A stretch of 64,000 bases of DNA from an uncultured virus (IMG/VR IMGVR_UViG_3300021087_000010) (taxonomy: Duplodnaviria; Heunggongvirae; Uroviricota; Caudoviricetes), in IMG/VR virus record IMGVR_UViG_3300021087_000010. The stretch is one strand, 5' to 3'. How positions within the stretch are numbered: position 1 is the stretch's first letter; every line of letters begins with the position of its first letter. The notes below the pieces were generated by a model. The model did not search any database. It was not told the DNA's origin and saw only the letters and a program-made list of their open reading frames with translations. Shown piece after piece: positions 10,053-20,384 of the stretch. The position numbers were made by a program, and so were the translations under genes.

Positions 10053-10597
10053 TCTAACTCACTATTATCCATATTAGTATTATGAGAGTGTATAGTATTA
10101 TTTCTATCATGTTTCCATTTTAGTTTTTCGCCTAAGTCTTCGTAATCGGTCATTTGCGTCCCTTGCCCATCAACTTCATGTGGGTAGTAGAGGCTTTTAA
10201 ATACTACTTCTTGTAGTTGAAACCAAATGGCCACGGCTTTGTCAACAAGTTCCTTGTTTGGCCACAAGTAAAATACATTGTGGTAGTCTCCTAAAAACCT
10301 GTGGACTGTTATGTTTAAATTATAGTTTTCATCTATATTGTCTCTAATATGAGCTACCGCTCTTATTCTTTGACTTCCCGCTATAGGGTACCAGTTTTCC
10401 ATACATAAATGAGGATTTTTAATACCCTCCATTAATATACTTTCTACTAGTGGTTCATTTAGCGGTACATTTCTTATATTGTCCTCAACTTTTGGTTGAG
10501 CTAATATAAAATTAGTTGTAATTGCTCTTATTTCAAAAGGGGGTACGGCTACTAATGACGCTGCAGTTTTTCCTATTCTATCGCTTGCCAATGTCAA
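10049..10597 (-). CDS. ParB/sulfiredoxin-like domain protein
   Basis: LVESILMEGIKNP...IAGSQRIRA resembles the ParB N-terminal motif. Confidence 0.55.
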   Translation of the reverse strand: MTLASDRIGKTAASLVAVPPFEIRAITTNFILAQPKVEDNIRNVPLNEPLVESILMEGIKNPHLCMENWYPIAGSQRIRAVAHIRDNIDENYNLNITVHRFLGDYHNVFYLWPNKELVDKAVAIWFQLQEVVFKSLYYPHEVDGQGTQMTDYEDLGEKLKWKHDRNNTIHSHNTNMDNSELE

Positions 10598-10841
10598 ACC
10601 CCACTTCTCTATCTGCTACCCATTGTGAAAATCTATCAAGTAAACTTTGTTTATTTAATTGATCTGTATACTCTGTCCAGACTTTTCCATTCTTTTTTGT
10701 TTCTTCATACCTAAAAGAGCCATTATTATATGCTATTGTTAAAAGTCCATTATCAGCATAAATATATTTAATTTCTCTTCCCCATTCTTCTGCTTCCATT
10801 TTTAGTTTATGGTCTCTTACTTCGTCATCATACTGCGTCAT
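10578..10841 (-). CDS. hypothetical protein
   Basis: 87-aa ORF overlapping both neighbours. Confidence 0.55.
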   Translation of the reverse strand: MTQYDDEVRDHKLKMEAEEWGREIKYIYADNGLLTIAYNNGSFRYEETKKNGKVWTEYTDQLNKQSLLDRFSQWVADREVGFDIGKR

Positions 10842-12183
10842 GTATATCTTCTCCTGTTGCTAAACTGTCTTTTAAATTGTCCCTATCTTTAGGGTTCATT
10901 GTTGACTGAGGGCCTATTTTTAGTGTTTCCCAGTCCATTACACTTGTGAATCCTTCCATTTTTGCACTTCTCATTTTTGTACAGTTGAATGTAATACATT
11001 CATCTTCTGGAGCCCATGTTTCAATAGTAAAGGCTGCATCTGCTGCATCAAGAATTCCTTTTGCAAATCTAGCTTCTCCTGTATTGTCTGTTTGAAAAGG
11101 AGAGAATACAGGTACTTCATATTCCTGAGCCATGCTTTTCAGAGTCTTACTTACTTCAATTTGCTCTGTCCAGTCATACTGTCCGCTTTTAGACGGCACA
11201 TTTGTTCGTTTTACTTGGTTTATATAATCTACTATAATTACACCTACATCTGTTTGATTTATTTTTGATTCCAATTCTTTTCGTATTCGAGAAAGACTTA
11301 GTACAGGGTCATACACTACATCTATTTGTCTGTCTTTATTTAATTTATTTTTCGTAAGCGTACTATGAAAAGAATCAAAATCTCTATTATCATAGAATTC
11401 AGGTAATAAATCTACTCCGCCTTCAAATCTTCCTGCCCACCATTCTGCTACTCTATTCCACTCAACATTTGTCAAGTTCTTAGTAGCTAATCTACCTATC
11501 GGTATTCTTGCACCTAATGCACAAGCTCTTTGTAGAATAGCACGACTATCCATTTCTATTGTAAAATAGATGGCACTCTTACCTTGATTGTAAACATTAT
11601 TAGCAATATTAACACAAGTAAAAGTTTTACCTGCCCCTCTACGTCCGCCTATAAGAATAAGATCTCTTGGAGAAAATTTCATAGTCTGGTCATAATCGTC
11701 ATTTAATCCAAGCGGTAGATACTTTCTTAGATTTTTATCAGAATCAAATAGATTTATTGTTTTCATATCTTCTTCTGGTGGTTTCAAATCAACTCTATCC
11801 CCAATATCTAAAACTATTTGTTGTAGAGATTCTACATTTTCTTCAGCATTAGAAATGGCTACTGTCTTATCAATAAATGAGTCTAATTCCCCTAGGATTT
11901 CTACTTGGGTATATTCATTTTTTAAGTACTCGAGCAAAACCCAAGCGTCAACATCTACTTCGACTGCCTGTATTGCGTGTACTTTTTCTTGTAGTTTTCT
12001 ATCACGAATGGATAGTTTAAGGTCTTCAAAAGTTGGGAGGTGATTGAAGTGTTTTAAATGGTTGGATATAACTCTAAACAGAGCCTGATACTCGCCAGGT
12101 AAATAATTCTCCCTTAGGCTGCCCCAAGTATCGAAATCTTCCTGTACTATAATCTGCTTCAGTAAAGCTGAAGTTAAGTTCAA
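10828..12183 (-). CDS. DnaB-like replicative helicase
   Basis: Walker A GRRGAGKT, FTIEM, IIVDYIN and ARFAKGILDAADA. Confidence 0.93.
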   Translation of the reverse strand: MNLTSALLKQIIVQEDFDTWGSLRENYLPGEYQALFRVISNHLKHFNHLPTFEDLKLSIRDRKLQEKVHAIQAVEVDVDAWVLLEYLKNEYTQVEILGELDSFIDKTVAISNAEENVESLQQIVLDIGDRVDLKPPEEDMKTINLFDSDKNLRKYLPLGLNDDYDQTMKFSPRDLILIGGRRGAGKTFTCVNIANNVYNQGKSAIYFTIEMDSRAILQRACALGARIPIGRLATKNLTNVEWNRVAEWWAGRFEGGVDLLPEFYDNRDFDSFHSTLTKNKLNKDRQIDVVYDPVLSLSRIRKELESKINQTDVGVIIVDYINQVKRTNVPSKSGQYDWTEQIEVSKTLKSMAQEYEVPVFSPFQTDNTGEARFAKGILDAADAAFTIETWAPEDECITFNCTKMRSAKMEGFTSVMDWETLKIGPQSTMNPKDRDNLKDSLATGEDIHDAV

Positions 12184-12200
12184 TGTATATCCTCCCAGAT

Positions 12201-12230
12201 AAAAAGAAACGGGGGAGGATAGACCTCCCT
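12201..12230 (-). terminator. intrinsic terminator after D5
   Basis: GGGAGG-loop-CCTCCC stem followed by a T-rich tract on the - strand. Confidence 0.65.
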
Positions 12231-12254
12231 CATCTCAAGATGAAATAAAAAGAA

Positions 12255-12983
12255 TTAGCTAGATGCTTTTTCTTTTCTTGCTGCGCCATCGTAATCGGCA
12301 CAAGTTAACCCTCTACGAGTTAGCATTGTTTTAACGCCTCTTACAGTTTTGCCAATTTCATCAGCAATAGCTTCAACAGTTAATTCACCGATGTTGCCAT
12401 TTAGGTCTGCTAAAGGATCAGCTTTAGAACTGCCTTTAGTAACCTTTTGCTTAGGTATAGCGCCAATGTCGCCACTTCTAAGTAAGCTAAGAGCCTTTCC
12501 TCTGATAGAATTAACAGTTTTGCCTAGTGCCGCTGCAATTTCTTCAACGAAAGCACCATCGTTTACCATAGTGGTAAAAGTTGCTTCTTCTTCGGGAGAG
12601 TAAGTTCTAACTGATTCTGGTTTCTCAGCTGGTTTTACATGGGAAGTAAGTTCCATTGATAGGATTTTCCCTTGTATTGATTTAGCAGAAAATGCTCCAC
12701 TCTCGAAAGAGCTTGCTATGTCTGCGTAAGTGTATACGCCACTGTTGTCAGTAACGAAGTTTGATAGAGTAGCTTCTTGATCATCAGAAAAAGTTCTGTG
12801 TGATACTGAAGATGCTAACTCTACATCGAATCCCATTTTTCTCAATTTGCTAGAAACTGATCTTGTAGATGTTTCTAATTCAACTGCTGCTGTAGCTACA
12901 GTTGCTTGAGAGATAGGGCTTTCTGAACCAACAAAATCTGTGAGTTGTTGTGTTCTTTCATCTGTCCATTTTGGTAATGCCAT
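12255..12983 (-). CDS. DNA-binding protein (T5 D5-like, tandem HTH repeats)
   Basis: Repeated W/Y-T/S-x-E..L...IA..LGKTV.S/GV HTH units. Lies between ligase and helicase. Confidence 0.85.
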   Translation of the reverse strand: MALPKWTDERTQQLTDFVGSESPISQATVATAAVELETSTRSVSSKLRKMGFDVELASSVSHRTFSDDQEATLSNFVTDNSGVYTYADIASSFESGAFSAKSIQGKILSMELTSHVKPAEKPESVRTYSPEEEATFTTMVNDGAFVEEIAAALGKTVNSIRGKALSLLRSGDIGAIPKQKVTKGSSKADPLADLNGNIGELTVEAIADEIGKTVRGVKTMLTRRGLTCADYDGAARKEKASS

Positions 12984-12985
12984 GA

Positions 12986-13756
12986 TTATTTTTCCTCTAT
13001 AAAGTCTTTTAAATTTGTTATTATTTGAACACCCCGTAATCGGGCTGCTTGTGTTTTTGCGGATTCGACCCCGCTTTCATTTATCAAGATATTTACATCT
13101 TTAGTCAAGCTACTCTTAACAAGAAAGCCCATTTTGTTTAAAACTTCTGTGGCTGCTGCTTTCGTTTTGTAAGACTGTAGTTTGCCTGAGATACATACTA
13201 CTCCTTTTTCAGTTGTTTGTTTTTGGAGTGAACCAATTTGTTGCCATCTGAAAGGAAGTCTATCATACCCATTGGCAAATTCTTCTATTAACCAATCTAG
13301 TAAATTATCTGTTGCTGTTGGGCCGAGTCCTGCTTGTTTGCAAGTTTCTTCATTTATCTCATTAATATTTCGTATTACTGAGCATATCTTGTTGGAAGCA
13401 GTGCGTCCTATCAGCTTAATAGAGAAAGCTGGTAATAAGTCAACTAAGTCAACGTTCTTACTGTTCTCTAATTCTCTATGCAGTTTAACTGCAAGTTTCT
13501 CGGATTGAAGTGCATCTATCATCATTTCAAGAGGCAGTTCGTATAGGTCGTGAAAAGTTACTACTTGTAATTTTTCTATTGTGGCGGGTCCGAGTCCCTT
13601 AATTTTAAGAGTCCTTGCAAAATGCTCAAGTTTTCTACTGGTCTTTCCAGAGCAATCTGGATTATAGCAAAATAATTGATCCTTCACCCAACTTAGCTCT
13701 GTACTACAAGTAGGGCAGTGACTAGGCGGTGTTATCGTTTGCAGTTCTTCTCTCAT
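12986..13756 (-). CDS. NAD-dependent DNA ligase, C-terminal subunit (Zn finger, HhH, BRCT)
   Basis: CPTC..C...C zinc finger, IKGLG and GLGP HhH motifs, VCISG BRCT. Confidence 0.92.
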   Translation of the reverse strand: MREELQTITPPSHCPTCSTELSWVKDQLFCYNPDCSGKTSRKLEHFARTLKIKGLGPATIEKLQVVTFHDLYELPLEMMIDALQSEKLAVKLHRELENSKNVDLVDLLPAFSIKLIGRTASNKICSVIRNINEINEETCKQAGLGPTATDNLLDWLIEEFANGYDRLPFRWQQIGSLQKQTTEKGVVCISGKLQSYKTKAAATEVLNKMGFLVKSSLTKDVNILINESGVESAKTQAARLRGVQIITNLKDFIEEK

Positions 13757-13793
13757 TTCTATTTATATATTATAACAAATTTGGGTTGCCATG

Positions 13794-14165
13794 TCAAGAA
13801 TTATTTTTAGGGAACTCCTGAAGAATGAGAGAATCAATTTTGAAACACTCAGTGTGACCTCCAAACCTAATTTTTGGTTCGTATTTGTCATGTATATATT
13901 GTTCATGTAAGTATTGTTCTTGAATCCACACATGATAAAGAGTATCAGCCCATGTTCGTTGAATACGAATATCGTATCCTTTAAAACCGCCACTACGCTT
14001 TATAATATGTCTCCAGTCTTTACCTGAAGCTATTCCTACTTTTATGCACTCTCTTTCATGAGTTTCCCTATTAACTAGAACTATTCCGTATAAAACACCT
14101 TCGCGGTCTTTTTCTTCGGGGTGGTTCTCGAAATAGGTTTCGTTATATTTACCTATGCTTGGCAC
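13794..14165 (-). CDS. GIY-YIG/T5orf172-like nuclease
   Basis: GVLY...IKVGIA...EQYLH...FGGHTECF. Confidence 0.6.
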   Translation of the reverse strand: MPSIGKYNETYFENHPEEKDREGVLYGIVLVNRETHERECIKVGIASGKDWRHIIKRSGGFKGYDIRIQRTWADTLYHVWIQEQYLHEQYIHDKYEPKIRFGGHTECFKIDSLILQEFPKNNS

Positions 14166-14733
14166 TAATGAGTCCTTTTCTGCGAACCCAGTTCTTTAAA
14201 TTCCTCTAGTAAATCTTCAAAGAAATCTGCATCGGGCATTTCTTCCATCATTGTACGAAAAAACTCTATGTTAGGTACTGTTTGCCCTATTGGTATTTTG
14301 GTACAGTATACTCTATATGCTTGCTCTAGCTGCCATTCTAAATATAATATCATGGAGTTGTTCCTACAGGACTTATTATTGCTGAAGTTACCCCTATAGT
14401 ACCTGTTGTTGGAGCTGTCTGTCCAAAAATCATTGCTTCAGCTGCTTCTGGTGTTGACATTGGGGAAGTATTCCTCTTCTCATGAACTGGTGGAGTATTA
14501 TCTTCACAGTCCGTTTCTCTAGCGGAAGAACCTATTACATTACCATTTATATCATAATACTTAATTACATACCAACAAATTTGTGAATATGCTGAAGGGT
14601 GTCTTTCCTCTGGTTCTACTGGTGTTTCAGCTACAACTCTTATAGCAATAAAAATCAATACTAAAGAAAAGCCTATAGCTATTGATAGTCTTGTTACTAT
14701 ACTTGATAATTGTTCTAAATCGTTGTCTTGCAT
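14165..14733 (-). CDS. two hypothetical proteins (14165-14353; 14350-14733 with one TM helix)
   Basis: Overlapping ORFs between the ligase halves. Confidence 0.55.
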
Positions 14734-15674
14734 TATAATCTCCTTACTATACGAGGGATAATTTCTCCACTTCGTATTACTTCTACTTGGCAGCCTATTT
14801 CTAAATTTAATCCTTCAATATGTGCCATATTATGTAAAGTTGCTCTACTAATCATAGCCCCATCTATTTCTATAGGGTCTAAAATAGCTACTGGAGCAAC
14901 TACTCCTGACTTGCCCACATTCCAAAGAACATCAACTAATGTTGTCTCTACCCCTACTTGCCTTGTTTTAAAAGCATAAGCACCTCTAGGGTGATGAGCG
15001 GTATATCCCATGTCTTCAAAATGTTTATTACTATCTACGCGAAAGACTAATCCATCATCTGGAAATTCACTCCAATCGCGGTCTAATACTGTATTAATAT
15101 AGGGATTAAGTTGTTTCAAATCTTTACTCCATAGTAAGGATTTGTACTTGTGTTGTACTCCATAAGCTATAAAGGTTAATTTTCTTTTACAAAATTCTTC
15201 TCCATCTTTTAAGCCAAGAGCTCCCGCCGCATAATTGCGAGCATTTTTATAAGTCTTGGGGGCTACTACTTCTCCTGTGATTTGTAGGATACTAGGTATA
15301 TTTGGAAGAGATTGAGGAACTAGATGTACTAGATGTCTTTTCACATCTAAGCCTTCTTTTCCGTCTCCTCGAGTTAAGGCTCTATGTAATATTCCCCCTA
15401 CATACAATAAGGACACCGCTGCTCCGTCTAACTTAGGAGTTACAACAACTGCGCCTTTATAATCTTTGAAGGGGGCGTTTTGTACTTCATCTTCAAATAC
15501 TTTCTGAAGTGAGTACATTTGGAATAAATGAGGAGTTCTATTTCCTAGTTTAGTGCCGACTTCATCAAAGTCATGTATTTCTGCTAAACTATCAAACTCT
15601 GCGTCTGACATGATAGGTGTACCTTCATAGTACGCCGCTGATGCTTTTTGCAAGAGTGCATTTATTTTTTCCAT
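14733..15674 (-). CDS. NAD-dependent DNA ligase, N-terminal adenylation/OB subunit
   Basis: YY.G...SDAEFD, KLDG, TRGDG..G, RNYAAG, DGLV, ATLHN and RSGEIIP. Confidence 0.95.
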   Translation of the reverse strand: MEKINALLQKASAAYYEGTPIMSDAEFDSLAEIHDFDEVGTKLGNRTPHLFQMYSLQKVFEDEVQNAPFKDYKGAVVVTPKLDGAAVSLLYVGGILHRALTRGDGKEGLDVKRHLVHLVPQSLPNIPSILQITGEVVAPKTYKNARNYAAGALGLKDGEEFCKRKLTFIAYGVQHKYKSLLWSKDLKQLNPYINTVLDRDWSEFPDDGLVFRVDSNKHFEDMGYTAHHPRGAYAFKTRQVGVETTLVDVLWNVGKSGVVAPVAILDPIEIDGAMISRATLHNMAHIEGLNLEIGCQVEVIRSGEIIPRIVRRL

Positions 15675-15718
15675 GTATATATTATAACAAAATATAACAT
15701 ATAAGTCAAGAAATAAAT

Positions 15719-16021
15719 TCAGTTAAGGTAAATTTTGTCTAGTATATCTTTGAAGTGTACTTCTAAAGTATCCTTCACTTCTGCTAAAGATAGTATCTCG
15801 ACTAATCCCTCAAATAATGCTTTGGAGTTTTGGAAATCTAAGGACATAGCTAACCCGTCCTTACTAGGCTTGAATTCTCCATCAAAGTCTAAGTAGTATT
15901 TTCTAATATGTAAATACTCAGTGCCTCTGAATTCGTTTATTGTTAATCTCACTTGCTCAGTACCATCAGCATTTTCTGAAATTAACTTTTCATAAACTTC
16001 GGGTGATTCGTAAATCTTCAT
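15719..16021 (-). CDS. PC4-like ssDNA-binding protein
   Basis: INEFRG.EYLHIRKYY....GEFKPSKDG. Confidence 0.85.
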   Translation of the reverse strand: MKIYESPEVYEKLISENADGTEQVRLTINEFRGTEYLHIRKYYLDFDGEFKPSKDGLAMSLDFQNSKALFEGLVEILSLAEVKDTLEVHFKDILDKIYLN

Positions 16022-16284
16022 CGCTTGTTCTTAAGTATTGCACTTAAGGGAACAATGCTAGTAACATTGTCTGGTCTTAATAACCTGTATGAATCTGTAT
16101 CCCAACAAAATAATAGAACCGTGTCTTTAGTTTCTTTGGCACGGTTCTTCTTATTTTGAATATATTTATTATTAAAGTCTAGTGTACAAACATTATACTT
16201 TAATTTTCGAGAATTGGTACTTCTGTATGTGATAACTGCGTCGCCACATTTATCAACTTGAGTTTTGAACTCGTCTTTTTTCAC
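16018..16284 (-). CDS. conserved T5-like protein (SH3-like)
   Basis: ITYRS...YNVCT...FCWDTDSYR. T5-type synteny between D3 and PC4. Confidence 0.6.
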   Translation of the reverse strand: MKKDEFKTQVDKCGDAVITYRSTNSRKLKYNVCTLDFNNKYIQNKKNRAKETKDTVLLFCWDTDSYRLLRPDNVTSIVPLSAILKNKR

Positions 16285-16337
16285 TAATATACTCCATTAC
16301 TGTTAAGAAAACTCTTTCTTTTCAGTAAGGTAGCTTA

Positions 16338-16778
16338 TTAGTTGTTTATTGCATTGATTACGCCTGCAAAGTAAACAGCAGCTTTTCCTGTCAATTTGTC
16401 AATGATGTCATCATCACTTTCTTGACCTGCATCAGATAAAGCACTTTTTAAAGTGTTCTGTGCATCTGCTTTGCTTACTCTAGCTGTTGCTGTACCACCA
16501 TTAGATGATGAAGCTCTAGCTGCAGGAGTTTTCTTTACATATACACCAGCTTTTGTAAGAATCATTCTAACTCCATTAGGGCTTTCCCCTAATTGGTCAG
16601 CAATATCTTTTACAATTTCCATACTTGTGTCTGGAGTTGCGCTTGCGTCTACGTAAAGTTCAACGGCTTCGGCTTTACTTTCGTCAGTCCATGCCATCTT
16701 TCTTCTCCTTTTTGTACCTCGATAGCCTGGATAAGAACCAGTTGCTTCGAGTTGTTGTTGATAAAATCTATCTCCCAT
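16338..16778 (-). CDS. DNA-binding protein (T5 D3-like)
   Basis: MAWTDE...IA..LGESPNGVRMILTKAGVYVKK and IIDKLTGKAA. Confidence 0.8.
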   Translation of the reverse strand: MGDRFYQQQLEATGSYPGYRGTKRRRKMAWTDESKAEAVELYVDASATPDTSMEIVKDIADQLGESPNGVRMILTKAGVYVKKTPAARASSSNGGTATARVSKADAQNTLKSALSDAGQESDDDIIDKLTGKAAVYFAGVINAINN

Positions 16779-16968
16779 ATTTATATTATACAGAAAATAA
16801 AGGGCGAAGTCAAGTACTATTTTTTAATTGTTCTAGTCTCTGCCTCTAATTCTTGAATGAATTGGACGCATTGATCGATATCGTGTCTAGTTAGTATCAT
16901 TCCTTCTTTCATTTTTAAGTATTTTTTAAACGCTTCCGTTTTCGTTTTAACCTGCTCTATGCTATGCA

Positions 16969-17429
16969 TTAGTACCCTATGGTGTCAAGATAATCAAGTT
17001 TCTCTTGAGCGTGTGCGGCTTTCTCTATCTGTGTATCGATTGCGGCAATAATATCGGGGTGTTCCCCAATCCCTACTGAGTTGTTCATATAAATTGCTAT
17101 GTTTGCGTTTGCTGCGGCGATGTCTCCTTTATACTTAAGCTGTAATGCTTGTATTAAGTTGTCTCTCATTTGTTTTCCTGTGTTACGGAGTTTACATATC
17201 CTATACAGAAGCTTTTCCTTGCTTTATCGGAAAAAGCTACTTTGGGTATTAATGGGACTAGCAAAAATACTCCAATAGAAAATGCCATAAATCCTATTTT
17301 ATTATAAATTAGCATGATGTTGCTAGGGTCTCTTACTCGTATCATTCTAATACATATCGAGTAAGTTCTAGCCATCATCATTACATAAGTTGCAAGGTAC
17401 ATTGCCCCAAGCATAGTCCATAGTCCCAT
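16969..17429 (-). CDS. two small hypothetical proteins (16969-17169; 17166-17429 membrane)
   Basis: ORF track. The first has the NSVGIGEHPD motif common in phage proteins. Confidence 0.55.
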
Positions 17430-17445
17430 AATGTTTTTTATTTAG

Positions 17446-18129
17446 CTAGATACTAGCGCCGTACTTTTCTAAGTGCTTTAGACTACCTAAGTCATAAGCT
17501 ATTGCGTGGGCATTAAACCCACCAAATTCTATAAAGCCAAAGTAAGGACTTTCAAAATCTGTTAATTGTATTACATATATTTGGTAGCATTTACCACCAT
17601 ATTTTTCTTCGTAATTTGTAAACTGGTTATTTTCTGTTTCTTTTTTAATTATGGCTGGAAGGTCATATTTGGCACACCATACCTTTTCTCCTACCTCGAA
17701 AGTTTCAGATACACACTCGTCTGGTAAATATCCTATCTTGCTTCCTCCACCTTGTTCTGTTTTAGGTCTTTTTTCTGGTATGCCCACTCTATTAATTATA
17801 TTTTTAACAAAAGTTGATGACCGATACATAGCTTTTGCAATCTCTGATATTGGGTGTTCATTTAAATACCACTCTATAGTTTGCGTAACTTCTGCGTCTG
17901 TAGCTTTTGTTCCTCTTAATTGTGCTTTTCTAGCGGCTCTGTAATCCATAGTTTCTCTATGTTCTACTAGTATTTTGCTTAATCTCGTAGTATTATAACT
18001 AATATTAAGCATTTCGCACGCTTCTTTCTTTGTTATAGGAGAGTCCTCATTAAGTGCCTCCCATACTTTTTGTAGTGTTATATCGTCTAGTTTTTCGTGA
18101 GACTTAGCACGAATTCCTCTTGCTACCAT
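17446..18129 (-). CDS. T5 D2-like DNA-binding protein
   Basis: TKKEACEMLNISYNTTRL plus a second HTH. Lies upstream of D3. Confidence 0.7.
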   Translation of the reverse strand: MVARGIRAKSHEKLDDITLQKVWEALNEDSPITKKEACEMLNISYNTTRLSKILVEHRETMDYRAARKAQLRGTKATDAEVTQTIEWYLNEHPISEIAKAMYRSSTFVKNIINRVGIPEKRPKTEQGGGSKIGYLPDECVSETFEVGEKVWCAKYDLPAIIKKETENNQFTNYEEKYGGKCYQIYVIQLTDFESPYFGFIEFGGFNAHAIAYDLGSLKHLEKYGASI

Positions 18130-18265
18130 TATTCTATATTTAGTCTTTTCTTTAATACAGCGATTTGTTCTTGCTGTAATTTGTTGGGTTTATCAATTTT
18201 TTTAAGTCTATCGAGTGCCCCTTGACGCCTCCCCTTTATGTTTTTATTTCTCCATGCATTTGTCA

Positions 18266-18586
18266 TTATTCGCTATCCAACATAAGTTCATTTTGATATG
18301 TTACATACTCATCTTTTTTCACTTGTTCTAATTTACCTAGAAGTATAACTGCGTAATGAATTATTTTCATTAAATCTTCTTCGTTTCTGCCTTCTTTTTT
18401 CCCAAAACGCTGAGCATACTTCATTATATTACCTATACAAAAGCCTTCACCATGTTCTGCAGCAAAGATTACATCTGTTGCTTGTATCTTCTTACTTCCA
18501 TAATGTTGACTATAGGTTTTATCTATATATGATTTAACATTGTTTAATACAATATCTTCATTGAACCCGTATTTTATGTTTGCCAC
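18266..18586 (-). CDS. DUF3310-like protein
   Basis: YSQHY...GEGFCIGNIMKYAQRFGKKEG...DLMKIIHY. Confidence 0.8.
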   Translation of the reverse strand: MANIKYGFNEDIVLNNVKSYIDKTYSQHYGSKKIQATDVIFAAEHGEGFCIGNIMKYAQRFGKKEGRNEEDLMKIIHYAVILLGKLEQVKKDEYVTYQNELMLDSE

Positions 18587-18773
18587 TATTATTTCTTCTT
18601 GTTTGGCATGTGAGGAGATTTCTTCTCTTTATAGTCATGATACTTGTTAGATATCCAATCTCGAGTTTCATAATAAATATCTGATTGTAATATAAATTGA
18701 ATTAAAAGTATCCAGCCCACTCCTGCTAGTAAATACTTAAATAATGTAAAAGGCAATAAATAAATTTCTATCA

Positions 18774-19190
18774 TTATATGTCCCCTTCTGCTCTTTCTTC
18801 GCTTCTGGTAGCTTCAAAGCCGTTTGGATACCTTTTCTCAAGTTTATTTATATTTTCTTCCATTACTTGCTGAGGTGTGTACCCTAGTGCTGTGCAACCT
18901 TGAACCCAATACCATAGAACATCTCCCAACTCTCGTTTGAGATGGAATCGTTCGTCTTCTGTAAAAGGTTTGCCTTGAAATATTATTTTCTTAACTACTT
19001 CTGAAAACTCTCCTGATTCGGCTTGCATGCCTATAGAAGAAGTGAGTAGCTGTGAAAATTCTACAGAAGTTGTTATATCTAATTTCAATAGTCTATCGAC
19101 TAGAGCTAATGTATTTAGACTTTCTTCTGATGTAGTTGATAGTACGAATTTTCCGTACTGATTAAATTGTTTTTGTTCTGTTTCTGTCAT
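18774..19190 (-). CDS. MazG-like nucleotide pyrophosphohydrolase
   Basis: ESGEFSEVVKK, ELGDVLWY and NINKLEKRYP. Confidence 0.88.
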   Translation of the reverse strand: MTETEQKQFNQYGKFVLSTTSEESLNTLALVDRLLKLDITTSVEFSQLLTSSIGMQAESGEFSEVVKKIIFQGKPFTEDERFHLKRELGDVLWYWVQGCTALGYTPQQVMEENINKLEKRYPNGFEATRSEERAEGDI

Positions 19191-19297
19191 TATGTCCTAT
19201 TTAATGTAATCTATTATTATAGTTATAGTAATTCCATAACCATTTGTCTATCCTGTCTTGACTCCAATCTCTTGGAAAAAATACTGATACGAAAGGT

Positions 19298-19867
19298 TTA
19301 TCTCGTAATACGACTCTCATAGCTAGCCTCTGAGTCTAACCACCATTCGGGTCGTCCTCTAAATTTCCACTCTGCAAAGGTTGCTTTGTCTTTGTGGTAG
19401 AATCTTCTATATGCTTCAACAGCATCTGATCCCTTGAGCCCATCTGGCATAGCCTGAGCAAATGCTGTGAGTCCGATGCGAGGTATGGCGTACTCTGGTA
19501 ACTTAAGTATGACGTCATGCACAGATTTGTGGCTTTTTCCATATCGAAAGCCGTACTCTTCATTGAGTGCGAGGGCATAGCAGTATAACCATTCATAGTT
19601 ATCAAGGCTACACCGAGCCCAGATAGTGCAAGGGTGGTTATACATAGTAGGCAGGTAAGGAAAATCTCTGATTTCATTACTCTTTGCGTTTTTGATAATT
19701 TGCCATTCATTTGATTCTAGTTTTCTTGGTGTGTGTCCTAAGTATTTATTTATCCAATGATTAGTACATAACATTTGAGCGGCTTCTAGAGGCATCTTTA
19801 CTATATGCTTGTCTACATGAGCTTCTGCACACTTGTCTATGTTTTCATCAAGTATAAAAATATTCAT
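19298..19867 (-). CDS. pyrimidine-dimer DNA glycosylase (DenV)-like protein
   Basis: MNIFILD, DKHIVKMPLEAAQML, NHPCTIW and QAMPD...AYRRFY. Confidence 0.75.
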   Translation of the reverse strand: MNIFILDENIDKCAEAHVDKHIVKMPLEAAQMLCTNHWINKYLGHTPRKLESNEWQIIKNAKSNEIRDFPYLPTMYNHPCTIWARCSLDNYEWLYCYALALNEEYGFRYGKSHKSVHDVILKLPEYAIPRIGLTAFAQAMPDGLKGSDAVEAYRRFYHKDKATFAEWKFRGRPEWWLDSEASYESRITR

Positions 19868-19905
19868 AATGATATTATACTAAATTTTAAGGGCTGTGTC
19901 AAGAA

Positions 19906-20283
19906 CTATTTTGAGTTAATCTTATCTTTTGCAGTTCCTGCGTATAGTCCAAACCAAGCTGCACCTGCTCCTACTACTATCGAAATCAACCCTGATTGCT
20001 CAAATGATGGTACTTCTAAAGCCATAAACCAAAGTGTACATTTGTACAATAGTACCATGTATATACTTAGAAATGCTCTAGGGAATAGCCGCCATGCGTC
20101 TATCATTTGAGAAAACCATATTACCTTTTGCCAAGGATTATCTGGCTCTCTTTCGTTCTCCATTTCCATTATTTTTGCTTTTAGTTCCCCTATTTCGGAA
20201 ACCATTGCCATGAATTTATTAAGGTCTATCTCTACCTCATTACGGCTCATGTCACCGCTAAACTGTTCGCTAGGTTGTGCCAT
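19906..20283 (-). CDS. putative holin-like membrane protein
   Basis: N-terminal coiled coil, then DAWRLFPR and two TM segments. GGAG SD before MAQPS. Confidence 0.5.
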   Translation of the reverse strand: MAQPSEQFSGDMSRNEVEIDLNKFMAMVSEIGELKAKIMEMENEREPDNPWQKVIWFSQMIDAWRLFPRAFLSIYMVLLYKCTLWFMALEVPSFEQSGLISIVVGAGAAWFGLYAGTAKDKINSK

Positions 20284-20384
20284 GCTCCAATTTCTCCTTT
20301 CTTTCTCGAAGGTCAATTAACTCGTCCTCGAGGCTTTGCCATATTGAAGGGCTTTTAGCGACTTTTTGTTGTCCTTCTATTGTC

